From the NCBI GenBank assembly GCA_964016885.1, contig OZ024740.1, positions 93,372,001-93,436,000 of the forward strand: DNA of 64,000 nt, in the 5' to 3' direction. Source of the stretch: Eledone cirrhosa (Eukaryota). The notes beneath the pieces are model-generated. The model saw only the letters and a program-made list of their open reading frames with translations. It was not told the DNA's origin and did not search any database. How positions within the stretch are numbered: the first letter of the stretch is position 1; every line of letters starts with the position of its first letter. This document shows, in pieces, positions 35,020-49,300 of the stretch. The position numbers were made by a program, and so were the translations under genes.

Positions 35020-37386
35020 AGATAGTGTCTTTAGTTATTGAATTTTTCTGTGTTCAAAGTTCCTTTTGAATTCTATACTTAGCGTCGTTCAGACCACTGG
35101 TATATAAATGAAAACGTATTTATAATATCTGAAATAGATGTAGACATTTCTTGAATGTTTGCTTCATTGGTTGAAAATTAAAATCATTTCCGAGATATTG
35201 ATCATGCAATATCTTTTCTAGAACGCTATGAAATATAAGGAAATAGATTGGTGGAATAAAAAATGTCAGGTTAAACTTCTTATTTTTATTTATTAAATAC
35301 AATCATTTAAGATATGATGGGCAGTCATTTCATTTTCAAAATTATTCGAAGAATTGTATATACGATATACGAATACATGTGTCCATTAACATTTGCAAAA
35401 CGAACTTAAATATATTATTATTTACATGTAATGTATATATTATATTGCCGAAATCGTTATCATTTTGCATAACCTGATTGTGGATTGAGTATATGAAGCT
35501 CGCTGCTATTTTTGAAAAAGTGCTCAATGTGTTCCATAATGATGTATAATGCATTGTACAAAATTCCCAGTTGAATGTCTACTAAAATTAGGTGAAATAA
35601 ATTCAGTGAATTATCTTTTTGTTAACAGTGTATCATTTCGTTTTTTGGGATTAGTTACAATTGATTATTTCTGTTCTTCTAGACAATAAATGTGGACAAT
35701 TGTATGTAGTCACCGATAAGCTATCTTATCATTTTTTCAACATGGTAATAATAATAATTACAACCTGAAATAATATTTTCCATTTCTACACCTAATTGTA
35801 ATATCATTCTAATTCTAGTCTGAATTATATATACATTCCAATGTTACATTATCAACCAAAACAAAGGACTTGTTCTACATTCCAATCGTAATATAGATTC
35901 CCTCAATTGCTTACTGTAAGCGCATCCTTTTTAAACTTGCAAACAAACAATTCAACAAAATAAAATGGTTACATGTGCTGATATTAAGAATCCACAATAT
36001 TGATTTACACTTATTATATTTTCAGGCCATTTCAATCCTTTGATGAATAACATTATTACTATTTCTCTATGTATGCTATGGAAATGGAAGCCCTACCAGA
36101 ACGACACATTTAATTACAGAAATGTAAATGGATTCAAGGTAATATGAATATATAAATGCTGCATTAACACAATAATATTATTACGTAATACATCTTATTC
36201 TTTTTTTATTTTCTATAAAGTCTTTTGCTCAAAACATATAAACCTATATAATACAGCTGAACATGTTGCATGAACCCGCATATAATTGATGTGTAAACTT
36301 AAAATATTGGTGGATAATTGAAGTTTACTCATTAGTTGACGTGGATAGATGTAAGTCCACATAATATTCAAGACTTAAGTGTATTATAAAACAGAAAAGT
36401 TGAATCATTTAAATCGAGTCTTTACTTAACACAGTGAAGGACTTAGTGTTTTATAAAATGTAATATTCTATATACATTATCTTTAGACTTATATAACGAT
36501 ATGCCACTAATTTACTTATTCCTTTGTATTCCACCGGGGAATCTGCAGCTATAACGCAATTATTGTCATGCATTTATGATTATAAATGGGTTCAGCACAC
36601 GTTGCTCTTAAGAGAAAGCATCTCTAACATTAATACAAATACATAACTTCTTTTTTGTGAATTACAACGTAAAGGTGAGGCATTTGAAAGAAACAAATTT
36701 GACAATCAAATATGATATCATAATTGTTTCTACGTTAGGCATAAGGCCAGCAATTACCCAATCATAATATGAAATAATTGACAAAATCCCTAGATTAAAT
36801 ATCGATTCGAACATTTCATTACCCAGAAGTAATTAAAATCGTTTCAAATTAAAACCTAATTGATTTTAAAAAGCAAAATACAAATTGGTAATTAGTTTTT
36901 GATTTAATTATTTCTATCAAACAAAACTTCGAATGAAACTTCAAATATTATTCGCAGGAAATGCCATTAAATCATATTCATTGTTGTTCATTAATTGATC
37001 TTCGTAGTTGATTCAATCTCTGATCTTGTGTTATTCTTTGAGTTTAACAGAACATTCAGCATATAATATGTGGAGCCAATGTGATTGTGTGGAGGAAATC
37101 AGAAATGCAATACATTAAGAATACCTAAACTAAGGGAGGCCCTTAACCTGGAATTTCTATATATCGCACCTACTCATCATTCATAAAAATATGTCACATT
37201 GGGTAACTTAGACCTGCGAGTTAGATTGAACCTATATATATATATATATATATATATAATGTAGGAGGTGAGTTTTATTGTAGTACAATAAAGCAATGCA
37301 GATATCGGATAAGAAGCACTCTACAGTTTGTAGGACTGCAGTATACATAATATATAAGAACAAAAGATGGTTAAAAGAGTTCCATG

Positions 37387-37457
37387 TATTTTATTATGCG
37401 CATTTCAAAAACAAATATCATCATGCAATAATATTTGTGTTTTCATCAGATAAAACA
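37387..37457 (-). ncRNA. Type I hammerhead ribozyme of PLE-1 (inverted arm)
   Basis: Minus strand: tgttttat-CTGATGA-aaacacaaat..atttgttttt-GAAA-TGCGCA-TA-ataaaata; palindromic helix III ATGCGCAT. Confidence 0.82.
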
Positions 37458-38943
37458 GGAAGACATGATATGAAGGTTAAAACACACTTGTGGATAGTTC
37501 AGTTTTAAATCAACATATGAGAAGTAGTTTTAGATTGATGTGTGATATTGGGAAATATATTTATTTAGAGGGGTGGGAGTGGAAAGGATGAAAAAGAGGA
37601 GGAGATGAGAGTAAAAAGTGGAGAGGGAGGTGTATAATGAGGAAGGATGAGATAGGAGGAGAGATGGGTGATAGAGAGAGAGATATAGCTTATATAACTG
37701 AGAAAGATATATTGTTTTACATAGAGAGGTTGAAAACCGTTGGAAGATAATGTATAAATTAAAAGAATTTGAAAATTAACGAAGAGAAAAAAATGTAAAG
37801 TTAAGGTTTGTATATTGAGGGGTGCGATGAAAAAGAAAAATGTTAATATGTATTGAGAATAATATTTAGGGGTTTAATAATATGTGCGATGTTAAGAAAA
37901 GGTTGATATGAATTATTAAAAGGAACAACAGGTTATTTAAGTAAGGAAATATTGTGAGATGACCATGAATGAGTTAGATGAAAGGGAGAACAGAATAATG
38001 ATTTGAGGATGAATAATCTAACGTCAGAAAAATGTATATGTTTACGAAGGATTTTTACAAGGTGATATAGAGTAAGAATGTATGGTATTATGTAATAATT
38101 GATTCTATGTTAGGCAAGAGTGAGAAAAGGTACAGATTAGGGGTTAGACATTAAAAGAAGAAGAGAAGAAAGGGAAGTGATAAATAGGAGCGATGTAGAA
38201 TGAGTAACAAGTATTATAAAATGTATAGTAACCTTTGAAATAAGGTAGAAAGATGGGTATATTTTTAAAAGAAGTGTATATATATATATATATGTGCCTT
38301 TGAGAAAAAAGATTCTAAATTGATAAAGAATTGAATATTAGCTGTATACTTTGTGAAATGTTTTATGGAATTTATGCAAGCAGATAGAAAACAAGTCAGT
38401 GCGTCTATTTATTATAGAATCTAAGTTAGAAATAATGGTAAATTTTTCATTTAGACAGAGATTGCAAATTTGGGGTAGAGAGCTGTTCAAGATGTAGACG
38501 CAGAAGAAACCCTCTTCCAAAAGATGCTATATTTAATGTTTTTGTTTTTCAAGGACCATATGAGGTCTGAGAGAGCCGTGTTGGTTCTTTTAAGTTTGTA
38601 TTTAAAAGACGAATGATGGTTATAAAGACGAGCTTTAAAAGAGGTGGAAGTGGAGCCAAAATAGGTGAAGGAATTGGTGTCAGTTATAACTTTACATTCG
38701 TAAATTAAGTTTTTATCAAGACAATGGTTGTTGAGAGGACATTTATTTTCAATAGGGCAATTGCAATTGCGATTAGAGAGATTATTAATGAGTGACCTAG
38801 TGTTATCTATAGAAGGAATTGCATTGCTTTATTGAACTACAATAAAACTCACCTCCTACATTAACTTGCTCCTTAACAGTTGAGCACTTACTCTCACATT
38901 GGATACCTTTTGATGTTCTTTTACTTCTTTCTTCTTCTACAAC

Positions 38944-41313
38944 ATGGATTATTACAACATAACCAATTCAAGTAAAGACATTCCTATACCTGGTAAATCT
39001 GATTTCACCAAACTTCTGATTGAAAAAACTGACTCCTTCGTAAGAAGACTTAGATGGATAGCCTATTTCTATGACCAGCGCCTAAAAGGGAACTTCTATA
39101 CCATAGAACATAACTTCCTCGATCATCTATTTAATTCTAGAAGAAATCCTCCTTCCAACAAAAATCTAGTGCAATTCGAGGAAGAGTTAACTAAAATTAT
39201 AAAAAATCTTAAATTCAAGAGATACCCTTACAAAGGACAAGAGCACCTTGTAAATCTCAAGAACACAATTTCAAACCTAAATTCCTCAAAAAATGTTTTA
39301 GTCCACTCTGACAAAACCAATAACTTATATGGTATTTCCAACGATAATTATAAGGAACTTAGGAAAAAATATCGTAAAACCAACCATGAACATTTAGAAT
39401 ATATAAACTTTGAAGCCTTTGAGATTATGTTAAAACTTGGCATTGAAAAAAAGACAGAACCATTCCTCCCAAGAACTCCGAGGATAAATCTCAAGGATAA
39501 CAAAAACAATTTTCGCACTGAACTACCTGTTAGATTAATCGCCTCCTCTAAATCAGATCTGGGGGTCGTTAGTAAAGCCATCTTGGATAGGATTATCCCA
39601 CAGGTTCGTTCTAATTGCTCTTCTTTGAACCTAAATTTATGGTTTGGTACTTCTGAAGTGATTAGCTGGTTCAACAAATTGAATAATAAAAACAAACTAA
39701 AATTTGTTCAATTTGATATTGCCAGCTACTATTCTTCTATTTCGCCTTCACTTCTCAATAATGCTCTATCTCTCGCACTTAAATATTCTGACATCACCAC
39801 AGATGAACTTCACATCATTCTCACCGCACGTAAAACCATCCTAGAGTTCAACAACGAATATTAGACCACAGCCGATACCTCTAACAACTTCGACATCACA
39901 GTGCGAGCATCCGATTTATCCCAATTGACAGATTTAATTGGTATCTTTATTTTGAACTCTTTGAGTCGGAAAATTCCTCAACTTCTCGGTGGAATTTATC
40001 GTGACTATGGACTCTTTACTATCTTAAATTGCAACATAGTTAACCTTAATATTATTAAGAACAATATACGTAATCTCTTTAAACAACATAACCTAAAAGT
40101 TGAATTTGATAACAGCATCAAACTAGCTAATTTCTTGGATGTATCTCTTAATCTTGACACTGGCCTATATTACCCTTACCATAAACACAATGATAACCTA
40201 AATTATGTTAATTTTAATCTAACCATCCTATTAATATCAAGAATGCTATAGTTAGTAATATTGGAAAAATAATATCTAACCTATCTTCTAATAAAAACAT
40301 ATTTGATGCTAACGCCAATTACTATATTAACGCGCATTCTAACGCCGGCTATCCTGATAAAATCAAATATAGTGAAGAAACAAATTCTAGAAGAAATTAC
40401 AGTAGAATCATGATCATTCCAATAACTTTAATAAAATACCTAGATACAAAAACATAATCTGGTATAATGCTCCTTTCTCCATCTCTATTAATAACAATAT
40501 TCCTACATTATTCTTTAGTGCCTTAAATAAATGCTTCCCTCCCTCACATATCTATAGTAAAATATTTAACAAACACACTATAACATTTTCCTATTCTACA
40601 TCCTCCAACATTTCCAACATTATCTCTAAACACAACAATAAAATACTAAATACTAAATCTCTTCCTTCTAACACTGAATATCATAATAATAGTACTCCCG
40701 ACGTCATTGTTAACTCTAGGCTAATTTCTGCAAACCCCAATACAACGTCAAACACAACTTCGCTAAATGTTCTTAATCCCATTCTAAATCAAGAAACTAT
40801 TATTCCTATCGCAAATAACTTCTCCAATCCAATTCCTTCTATAGATAAGACTAGGTCACTCATTAATAATCTCTCTAATCGCAATTGCAATTGCCCTATT
40901 AAAAATAAATGTCCTCTCAACAACCATTGTCTTGATAAAAACTTAATTTACGAATGTAAAGTTATAACTGACACCAATTCCTTCACCTATTTTGGCTCCA
41001 CTACCACCTCTTTTAAAGCTCGTCTTTATAACCATCATTCGTCTTTTAAATACAAACTTAAAAGAACCAAAACGGCTCTCTCAGACCTCATATGGTCCTT
41101 GAAAAACAAAAACATTAAATATAGCATCTTTTGGAAGAGGGTTTCTTCTGCGTCTACATCTTGAACAGCTCTCTACCCCAAATTTGCAATCTCTGTCTAA
41201 ATGAAAAATTTACCATTATTTCTGACTTAGATTCTATAATAAATAGACGCACTGACTTGTTTTCTATCTGCTTGCATAAATTCCATAAAACATTTCACAA
41301 AGTATACAGCTAA
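38944..41313 (+). pseudogene. PLE-1 polyprotein: reverse transcriptase plus C-terminal GIY-YIG endonuclease, disrupted
   Basis: RRLRWIAYFY, HSDKTNNLY, FVQFDIASYYSSI, FDITVRASD, GIYRDYG (YRDD mutated), NFLDVSLNL; EN CNCPIKNKCPLNNHC..LIY..TYFGST..FKARLYNH..LSDLIWSLK..CNLCLNEK; stop at 39862-39864 and several frameshifts. Confidence 0.92.
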
Positions 41314-42198
41314 TATTCAATTCTTTATCAATTTAGAATTTTTTTTCTCAAAGGCACATATATATATATATATATATATACACTTCTTTTAAAAATATAC
41401 CCATCTTTCTACCTTATTTCAAAGGTTACTATACATTTTATAATACTTGTTACTCATTCTACATCGCTCCTATTTATCACTTCCCTTTCTTCTCTTCTTC
41501 TTTTAATGTCTAACCCCTAATCTGTACCTTTTCTCACTCTTGCCTAACATAGAATCAATTATTACATAATACCATACATTCTTACTCTATATCACCTTGT
41601 AAAAATCCTTCGTAAACATATACATTTTTCTGACGTTAGATTATTCATCCTCAAATCATTATTCTGTTCTCCCTTTCATCTAACTCATTCATGGTCATCT
41701 CACAATATTTCCTTACTTAAATAACCTGCTGTTCCTTTTAATAATTCATATCAACCTTTTCTTAACATCGCACATATTATTAAACCCCTAAATATTATTC
41801 TCAATACATATTAACATTTTCTTTTTCATCGCACCCCTCAATATACAAACCTTAACTTTACATTTTTTTCTCTTCGTTAATTTTCAAATTCTTTTAATTT
41901 ATACATTATCTTCCAACGGTTTTCAACCTCTCTATGTAAAACAATATATCTTTCTCAGTTATATAAGCTATCTCTCTCTCTCTATCACCCATCTCTCCTC
42001 CTATCTCATCCTTCCTCATTATACTCCTCCCTCTCCACTTTTTACTCTCATCTCCTCCTCTTTTTCATCCTTTCCACTCCCACCACTCTAAATAAATATG
42101 TTTCCCAATATCACACATCAATCTAAAACTACTTCTCATATCTTGATTTAAAACTGAACTATCCACAAGTGTGTTTTAACCTTCATATCATGTCTTCC

Positions 42199-42269
42199 TG
42201 TTTTATCTGATGAAAACACAAATATTATTGCATGATGACATTTGTTTTTGAAATGCACATAATAAAATA
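42199..42269 (+). ncRNA. Type I hammerhead ribozyme of PLE-1 (3' pseudo-LTR)
   Basis: tgttttat-CTGATGA(42207-42213)-aaacacaaat..atttgttttt-GAAA-tgcaca-TA-ataaaata. Confidence 0.8.
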
Positions 42270-42301
42270 CATGGAACTCTTTTAACCATCTTATGTTCTT
42301 A

Positions 42302-43050
<749 letters not shown>

Positions 43051-43061
43051 ATGTGTGTGTG

Positions 43062-43096
<35 letters not shown>

Positions 43097-43850
43097 ATGT
43101 GTGTAGGTATGCGTGTATGTGTGTGTGTCTGTTGATCTGCTTTAATACATCTTAGATTAAGTTGAACAAACACAATAATGTGTTGACACTGGCAAATAAA
43201 TGTGTTGAAATATGTGTGAAATAACTAAATATTATAACTAATATATGTTCATTACGCATTCATGACATTCATATTTCGATGATGTCCACAGTAATTACAA
43301 TCAGCGTATATACATAATTGAATCGATCGAATATCCATTATATATTGCGATGGTGTAGCTTAAATGTCTTCTTGTTTTGATAGATATTTGCATATATATA
43401 GTTCACCATAATTGAAAGTTATGATATTAATTTTATATAAATATAATTTCCCAATTCTACAAGATATATTCCGTTTAAATATTACTTACTTATTCATCGC
43501 CAACATATTGGGCACATTTATATCTAAGCATACTTCAGAATATATATTTGTGTTTCATCCTACATTATAGTTGCAGCGATCCTGGTTAATATCTTCAAGA
43601 GGAGAGATAGTTGCCATGTTTCCCATGATTTAATACATTACGTTAAACCGACTTAAATAGCAGAGTCTGTATATTCTTAACCATATTCGGCAGACGTGTT
43701 CCCTATAATTAGTGGGTGCTCTGAATAAGCAGTATGAAGCTGACGTCTATTTGAAAATTTAAACTACAACAAATCAGTGAAATATAGGTTAGAATACATT
43801 TCATATCCCTATAAGACATGTTTGTTAAATATTAATAATTATACATACAT

Positions 43851-44047
43851 AAGGCTGTGGATTGGTAGTATCGGTAGAGGGTCGGACGCCATGCTTTGAC
43901 GCAAAGAGTTACGGCCCTTTCCATCCTGATTTCAAATCCCGCCGAGGTTAACTTTGCCTTTCATCCTTACAGGGTCGATAAAGTAATACACCAGTAATAC
44001 ATTGGGTAATTGCTGGCCTTGTGCCAGAAGTAGAAACAATTAATCAT
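43851..44047 (+). mobile_element. tRNA-derived octopod-type SINE
   Basis: Full family consensus. Confidence 0.9.
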
Positions 44048-44129
44048 TATACATACTAGCAGAAATACCACCCACGAGCGGTTCTCTGTTAGCATATGTA
44101 GTGTGCATATTGGTGTTGTACGGAAATAT

Positions 44130-44800
44130 ATATGCATATAGATATTTGTAAATTGAAAAGTAAATTTACAATATCTTCTTCGCCCACTTATTTCTGAGAA
44201 GGTCCTGAGGACAGAGTTCTTTTCAAACACTCCTTCCAGCGAGTCTGTCAGAAGCAAACATCTCTAACTGATGCAGCTGGATCCCAAAGCGTGACCAGCC
44301 AAGCTCATGGATGTTATCCAAATATCTTGCTCAAGGTTCACCTCTGGGTCTCTTGCCGGTTGGTTTTGGCTGTAAAATGTGTCCAGCCATTCTTTACTGA
44401 GACATTCTAACCACATGATCATAATATCGGAGTTGTGATCTCTCAATCCGGGGAAATAGCAACTCTATCAGCAGTGACTCTCGTGTCTCAGCGATATGCA
44501 TTTTAGCGAGTAACGTTACTCCCAAAACCGTTCGTAGGAATCCCATTTCTGCCGCTTTTATTTGCAATTGTATTATTTTGTTCATTACTCAAGATTCGTG
44601 ATCATCGGTAAGAGTTGGCAGGAATAGCAGGAAGAGAGCAAGTTTGGCATTTACACCTACCCCTTTCTTCTGATTGCTGAATGCTGAGGTTGGCGCATTA
44701 CTGCATCAGCTTTTGCAATTCTTGCACTTAATTCAGCCTCCTGCATTCCATCACTCATGAACACGGCCCCCAGATGCTTAAACTATTTTAAAAGTTTCAG
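44130..44800 (-). mobile_element. RTE-clade LINE 3' fragment (RT C-terminal region)
   Basis: FKHLGAVFMSDG..E..ARIAKA; IKAAEMGFLRTVLGVTLL..RIERSQLRYYDHVVRM. Confidence 0.82.
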
Positions 44801-45029
44801 TAGACCTCCATTCATATGTATATAAATTGGAGGCAATTCTGTCTACCCGTCCATCACGCAATGTGTATGTGTCTTTGTGTGAATGTATGTGTATATAAAG
44901 GGAAGGAAAGTTATACACACGTATATAGCTCTAACTTAAAAACAGTGATACAAACACACCCACAAATCTCTCTAATTTAGGAACGCCAAAAAATCTCGCG
45001 GGCGCACATACATACACTGTCCTATTTTC

Positions 45030-45740
45030 ATTTAAGAGCATTTGTCCGGGCAACATCCCCTCAGTTTTGGAACCGTCTGGGTTGTCCAGAATTGAATGGA
45101 AAATACTTGACGGTCTTACTGTGCTACTTGGTCAAGAGGCAGGTTCCTTACCTGGGACGTCACAGTTAGTGACTCTTTTGCGTATTCCCACATCATGGAT
45201 GCAGCGATAAGGGCAAGAGCTACGTCATCCGCAGCTGAAAGAAACAAAATCCTAAAATACCGCCTTCTGTCAGCTAACTACATTATACAGCCTGTGGCGT
45301 TTGCGACGTTTGGGGGAGTTGTGTTACTGACAGTGAGATTCTTATCTTCACTGGCGACTCACCAAACAGAGGTAACTGGTGATGCTCGTCTGGGCACTTG
45401 TTTGTTCCAGCACCTCAGCCTCGCCATCACCCAAGGTAAAGCTGTGAGCGTGCTGGCTTGCCTTAAAAGTTATTAAAGAGGTTTTTCAGTGCTCCTCCCT
45501 ATATTGCTATACTTTGCTATGATAGCAGCTCGTTTTTCCGACTCATTCACCTGCATTTTGTTAGATGTGTGTATTACGTGCCTGGGTTATTGTTTCTCTT
45601 CCTGTTTTTCCCCTTTCCCTTTCCTTTGTATATATTATATGTTTTTGTGTTTTTGTTCTGTAACCATTGTATTAAATAGATTATACAAATGAGTTTAAAA
45701 AATAAAGAGTTAAACTGTGTTTGTAATAAATAAATAAAAA
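45030..45740 (+). mobile_element. CRE-like non-LTR retrotransposon 3' fragment (restriction-like endonuclease) with 3' UTR
   Basis: VLEPSGLSR..DGLT..WSRGRFLTWDVTVSD..AAERNKILKYRLL..IQPVAFATFG..LSLAITQGKA. Confidence 0.75.
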
Positions 45741-46416
45741 GTTGTACTTCATTTAATTCTCCCATTTCCAATTCATCGAACGTTATCATGACTGTAAGTG
45801 TGTAGTTGTATACATATATATGTGTGAATGTGTATTTGTGTAAATATATTTGTGTAAATGTGTATTTGTGTGAATGTATGTATGTGTTTGTGTGAATGTA
45901 TGTCTGTGAGCGTGACATTTTGTAAGTTTGTGTTAGCGCGATTATACTTTTATACTCATAATAGTTATATACGCATACATATAGAAGTATGTATGTGCAC
46001 ATACACACACATACGGGTCAGCGTGTTGAAAATCATAATCACTCTCTATCTGTATCTCTCTCATCACACACTCTCTCTATTTATATATATATGGGAATTG
46101 AAGTGGTGGTGGTAGCGGCGATATCCGGAAGTTTAGAAATTTGAAACGTTGAAGAGAAATCAATTTTAAATAAGCAATACTATTATTTATATTAAATTGA
46201 ATCAAACTTACGAAATTTAGTACATAGGTTTGTAATATTCATTCATTATTTATTCAAAGTAATCCAACATATTTTACTAACTGGATTAAAGAAAATAAAC
46301 CGTACGCAGTCCCACACTCCTTACTTTATTATAGTATAGATATTATTTCAAATAATGAATGCATTCCCCCGAACTGTATCAACGAGAAGTTAATAGTTCT
46401 CTGCATTATATTACTT

Positions 46417-46740
46417 GGATTGGCAGTATCGGTGGAGAGTCGAACACAATGCTTTGAAGCATAGAGTTACGTCCCTTTATGATCTGAGTTCAAATCCCGC
46501 AGAGGTTAACTTTGCCTTTCATCGAGAAGTTAATAGTTCTCTGCATTATATTACTTGGATTGGCAGTATCGGTGGAGAGTCGAACACAATGCGTTGAAGC
46601 ATAGAGTTACGTCCCTTTATGATCTGAGTTCAAATCCCGCAGAGGTTAACTGTGCCTTTCATCCTTACTGGGTCGATAAAGTAAAGTACCAGTATTGTTA
46701 CTGGTAATTGCTAGCCTTGTGCCAAATGTAGAAACAATTG
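46417..46740 (+). mobile_element. Octopod-type SINE whose 5' part and flank are tandemly duplicated (140-bp period)
   Basis: 46383-46522 is repeated at 46523-46662. Confidence 0.9.
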
Positions 46741-47849
46741 CATTACTTAACAACGTAATCGAAATTTTTGTTTATTTACTTTCTAAAAAATATATATCAT
46801 CAATATAATGACGAACAATATAGAATAACCTGTTTTATATGCGAAAAGTAAATATGTAATTATAAATCAGACGAATGTCACTGTCACAGATTTGCCATGA
46901 CAGGGGATATTACATAGTATTATGGAGCACATACTCTCAGTGGTCCTCCATGAACAATATTTAAATTAATGTAGAATGTCCAGGATACATGCATACAATT
47001 TATCACATTAAAGTTAATTATCATAGGTTATGGTAGGACCGAATGGCGAATAAGTTTATTGAAAATCTTGCGACGTAATAAATATTCACAGGAAATATAT
47101 TAACAATAATATTTCGAATAATACATTATACTAAATTTATATTTCTACATAGCTCTTTTTATTAATGAAGGGAATATTTCACAGCTTAATCAAGTCATAG
47201 TGAAATCACACATACGATCCACAAATTATTTCTCTGCGACGATTATTAGAATATGGAACCTTCCCATTGATGTATGCAGGCTGAGAGCAATATACTTATA
47301 AATGTTATGAGAGATAAATATATCACAACCGTGGGCAAATTAGCATTTATTTCCATGTGTAAGATTAATACACAGTGCAGCTTGATTTATTTTGCCGATA
47401 TATTTGAAATATTAAACCAAGTGAAAACCGTGTAATGTAGATCAAGCAGATTCTCAGCAACTTGTTTATGAATTAGCAGGAAATAATGCTGAATATATTT
47501 GTTACGATGATTGGTAACGGTGAGTAGCTGCGCACTTACATATTGTTATTCATGATTATTACATTATTGAGCTCTGTAATATGTATGTTTACATATGTTG
47601 TAACAAATAAGAAATATATATATATATATGTATGTGTATGTATTGTGTTTGTGTGTGCGTGTATGTGTGTGCGGGTAGTTATAGTAATACATAATTTGCA
47701 TACAATTTTTTGGTATTTTACTACATATCAAGTAAAGATACCTTTTTCTTCTTCGTTGTCCAGGTATTTCTGGGAGGTTCGTGTAAATCAAAATATGCTA
47801 TTGTGGCTGGTTTAATTTTCTCTCCGCCACTCTAGAATGCACCTCACTG

Positions 47850-49300
47850 ATGAGAGAAAAAATACCAGTCACTTTCGTGAACGGAGGTTTGGAGGAGGAC
47901 ATCTGTTTCCGAAGTCATCCGATGATCTTCTGGAACGCTTGACTTGTTGATCTGAAGTCGATAGAGCTGTTCTGTTAGAGTACACTCGCAGGTGATGGAT
48001 AGCGAAAATACAATCAGACATGATGGCTAGTTGTTTCATAGATTGGTATCTGACGAGCAAATAAGCAACCTGGGTCCAAAACGGTGAGCTACTGTTGGAG
48101 ATACATTAATGTTTGCCACGTTTAGCTACCTAACAGTATAGCAATACTTTGCGGTTCTGTCAATAGAACAATAATGTTTACTGTTACGACTTAGACCACA
48201 GGAAGACATTAAAATATGTCACGACAAACAAAGCAGTCATAACACATCGTCATTCGTGTGGGTTAACAAAGGACAACTTCAGCGATGAGGTTGGGGGTCT
48301 TGTGCCAACATTGTATTTTTGTCTCCTTCTCCTACTGTAAAATCTCGTGACGAGCCTGAAATCGCGTGGACATATAAATATTGAGTATCCCGAGACACTG
48401 ATGAGGCTTTGGAAGAGAGCAAATGGAATACGTTGGATATTGGAATATGAAAACGCTACTGGTGTTGAGCAAAATCTAGTGGAGGAGACTGGATGATACC
48501 GGATAGATATAGTTAGTATTTCCTCAAAAAGGTCCCCTTGCTCTGTTACTGTAAATCTTGATGGAGGGTGGATGATCCACGATCCACATGTTTCACCGGA
48601 AATGAACGCCCAGGTGTGTGCGTGTATATTAACAAACACTCGTCCGTCGCAATGTTTTATGGACTGGATTCCATTTGGAGGGGCATTTAGTAATTGTTGG
48701 TTTGGAAGAAACCTCATTGACAATGTACCAAAGAGAGGTCCAGAATACACATACTTCCTTTATATAGTCACTGCAAGATTAGATATATTTTAAACAAGGT
48801 CATATATATACTAATGGAATATTCCAATGCACATATTGGCACTGATCATCTCACATGAAAAGGAAAGATTGGGAGGAACGGCGATCCCGATTTTCATACG
48901 ATTGGAGATGCCTTATCTACTGTTCTAGTAATGAGTGTTATATTATGAACACCATGTTGACGCGTCCATAGATATATATGATATAAAAAGAATAAGGGGC
49001 AGTTAACGCTATTTGTTTTCTAAGTCTCGCTGATCCCTTTATTCTTCGCTTGATGTTCGTATTAAGTGAGGGGTTGATTGTCAACTGATCTCCACCTAAT
49101 TGTCTTCAACCTGGGAATACCTAAACCCAAGGATGTGCACACATGTAGAAGGTCCAGGTAGGCCTACAAAAGAAAGTGGGAAGCTTTGGTGGATAAGGAT
49201 TTCATGACCAGTTATGCAATCGCCTTAAAACTCCTTGAAGAAATTGAAGACTTTTAAACTAAGTGGAGAAGTTTAGCAAGGCAGTTTCTGCTTCAGTTAT
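47850..49300 (-). mobile_element. Possible very decayed DIRS/Ngaro-like RT/RNase H remnant
   Basis: Short minus-strand motifs in plausible order: AYLD(L), GPSTCVHILG, YGRVNMV, W..LLFY..N; many stops. Confidence 0.3.

Larger units (their letters stand above)
37257..42300 (+). mobile_element. Penelope-like element PLE-1 (Naiad-like) with a ~1.5-kb inverted 3' copy at its 5' side; inserted in (TA)n
   Basis: 37350-38820 is the reverse complement of ~40830-42300; RT plus GIY-YIG ORF; HHR in both arms; both ends abut (TA)n. Confidence 0.93.

Noticed and set aside
47840-47890. acctca-CTGATGA-gaga..tttc..ggaggt HHR-like arrangement
   Set aside because: Lacks GAAA and NUH between helix II and helix I; chance or too decayed to call.
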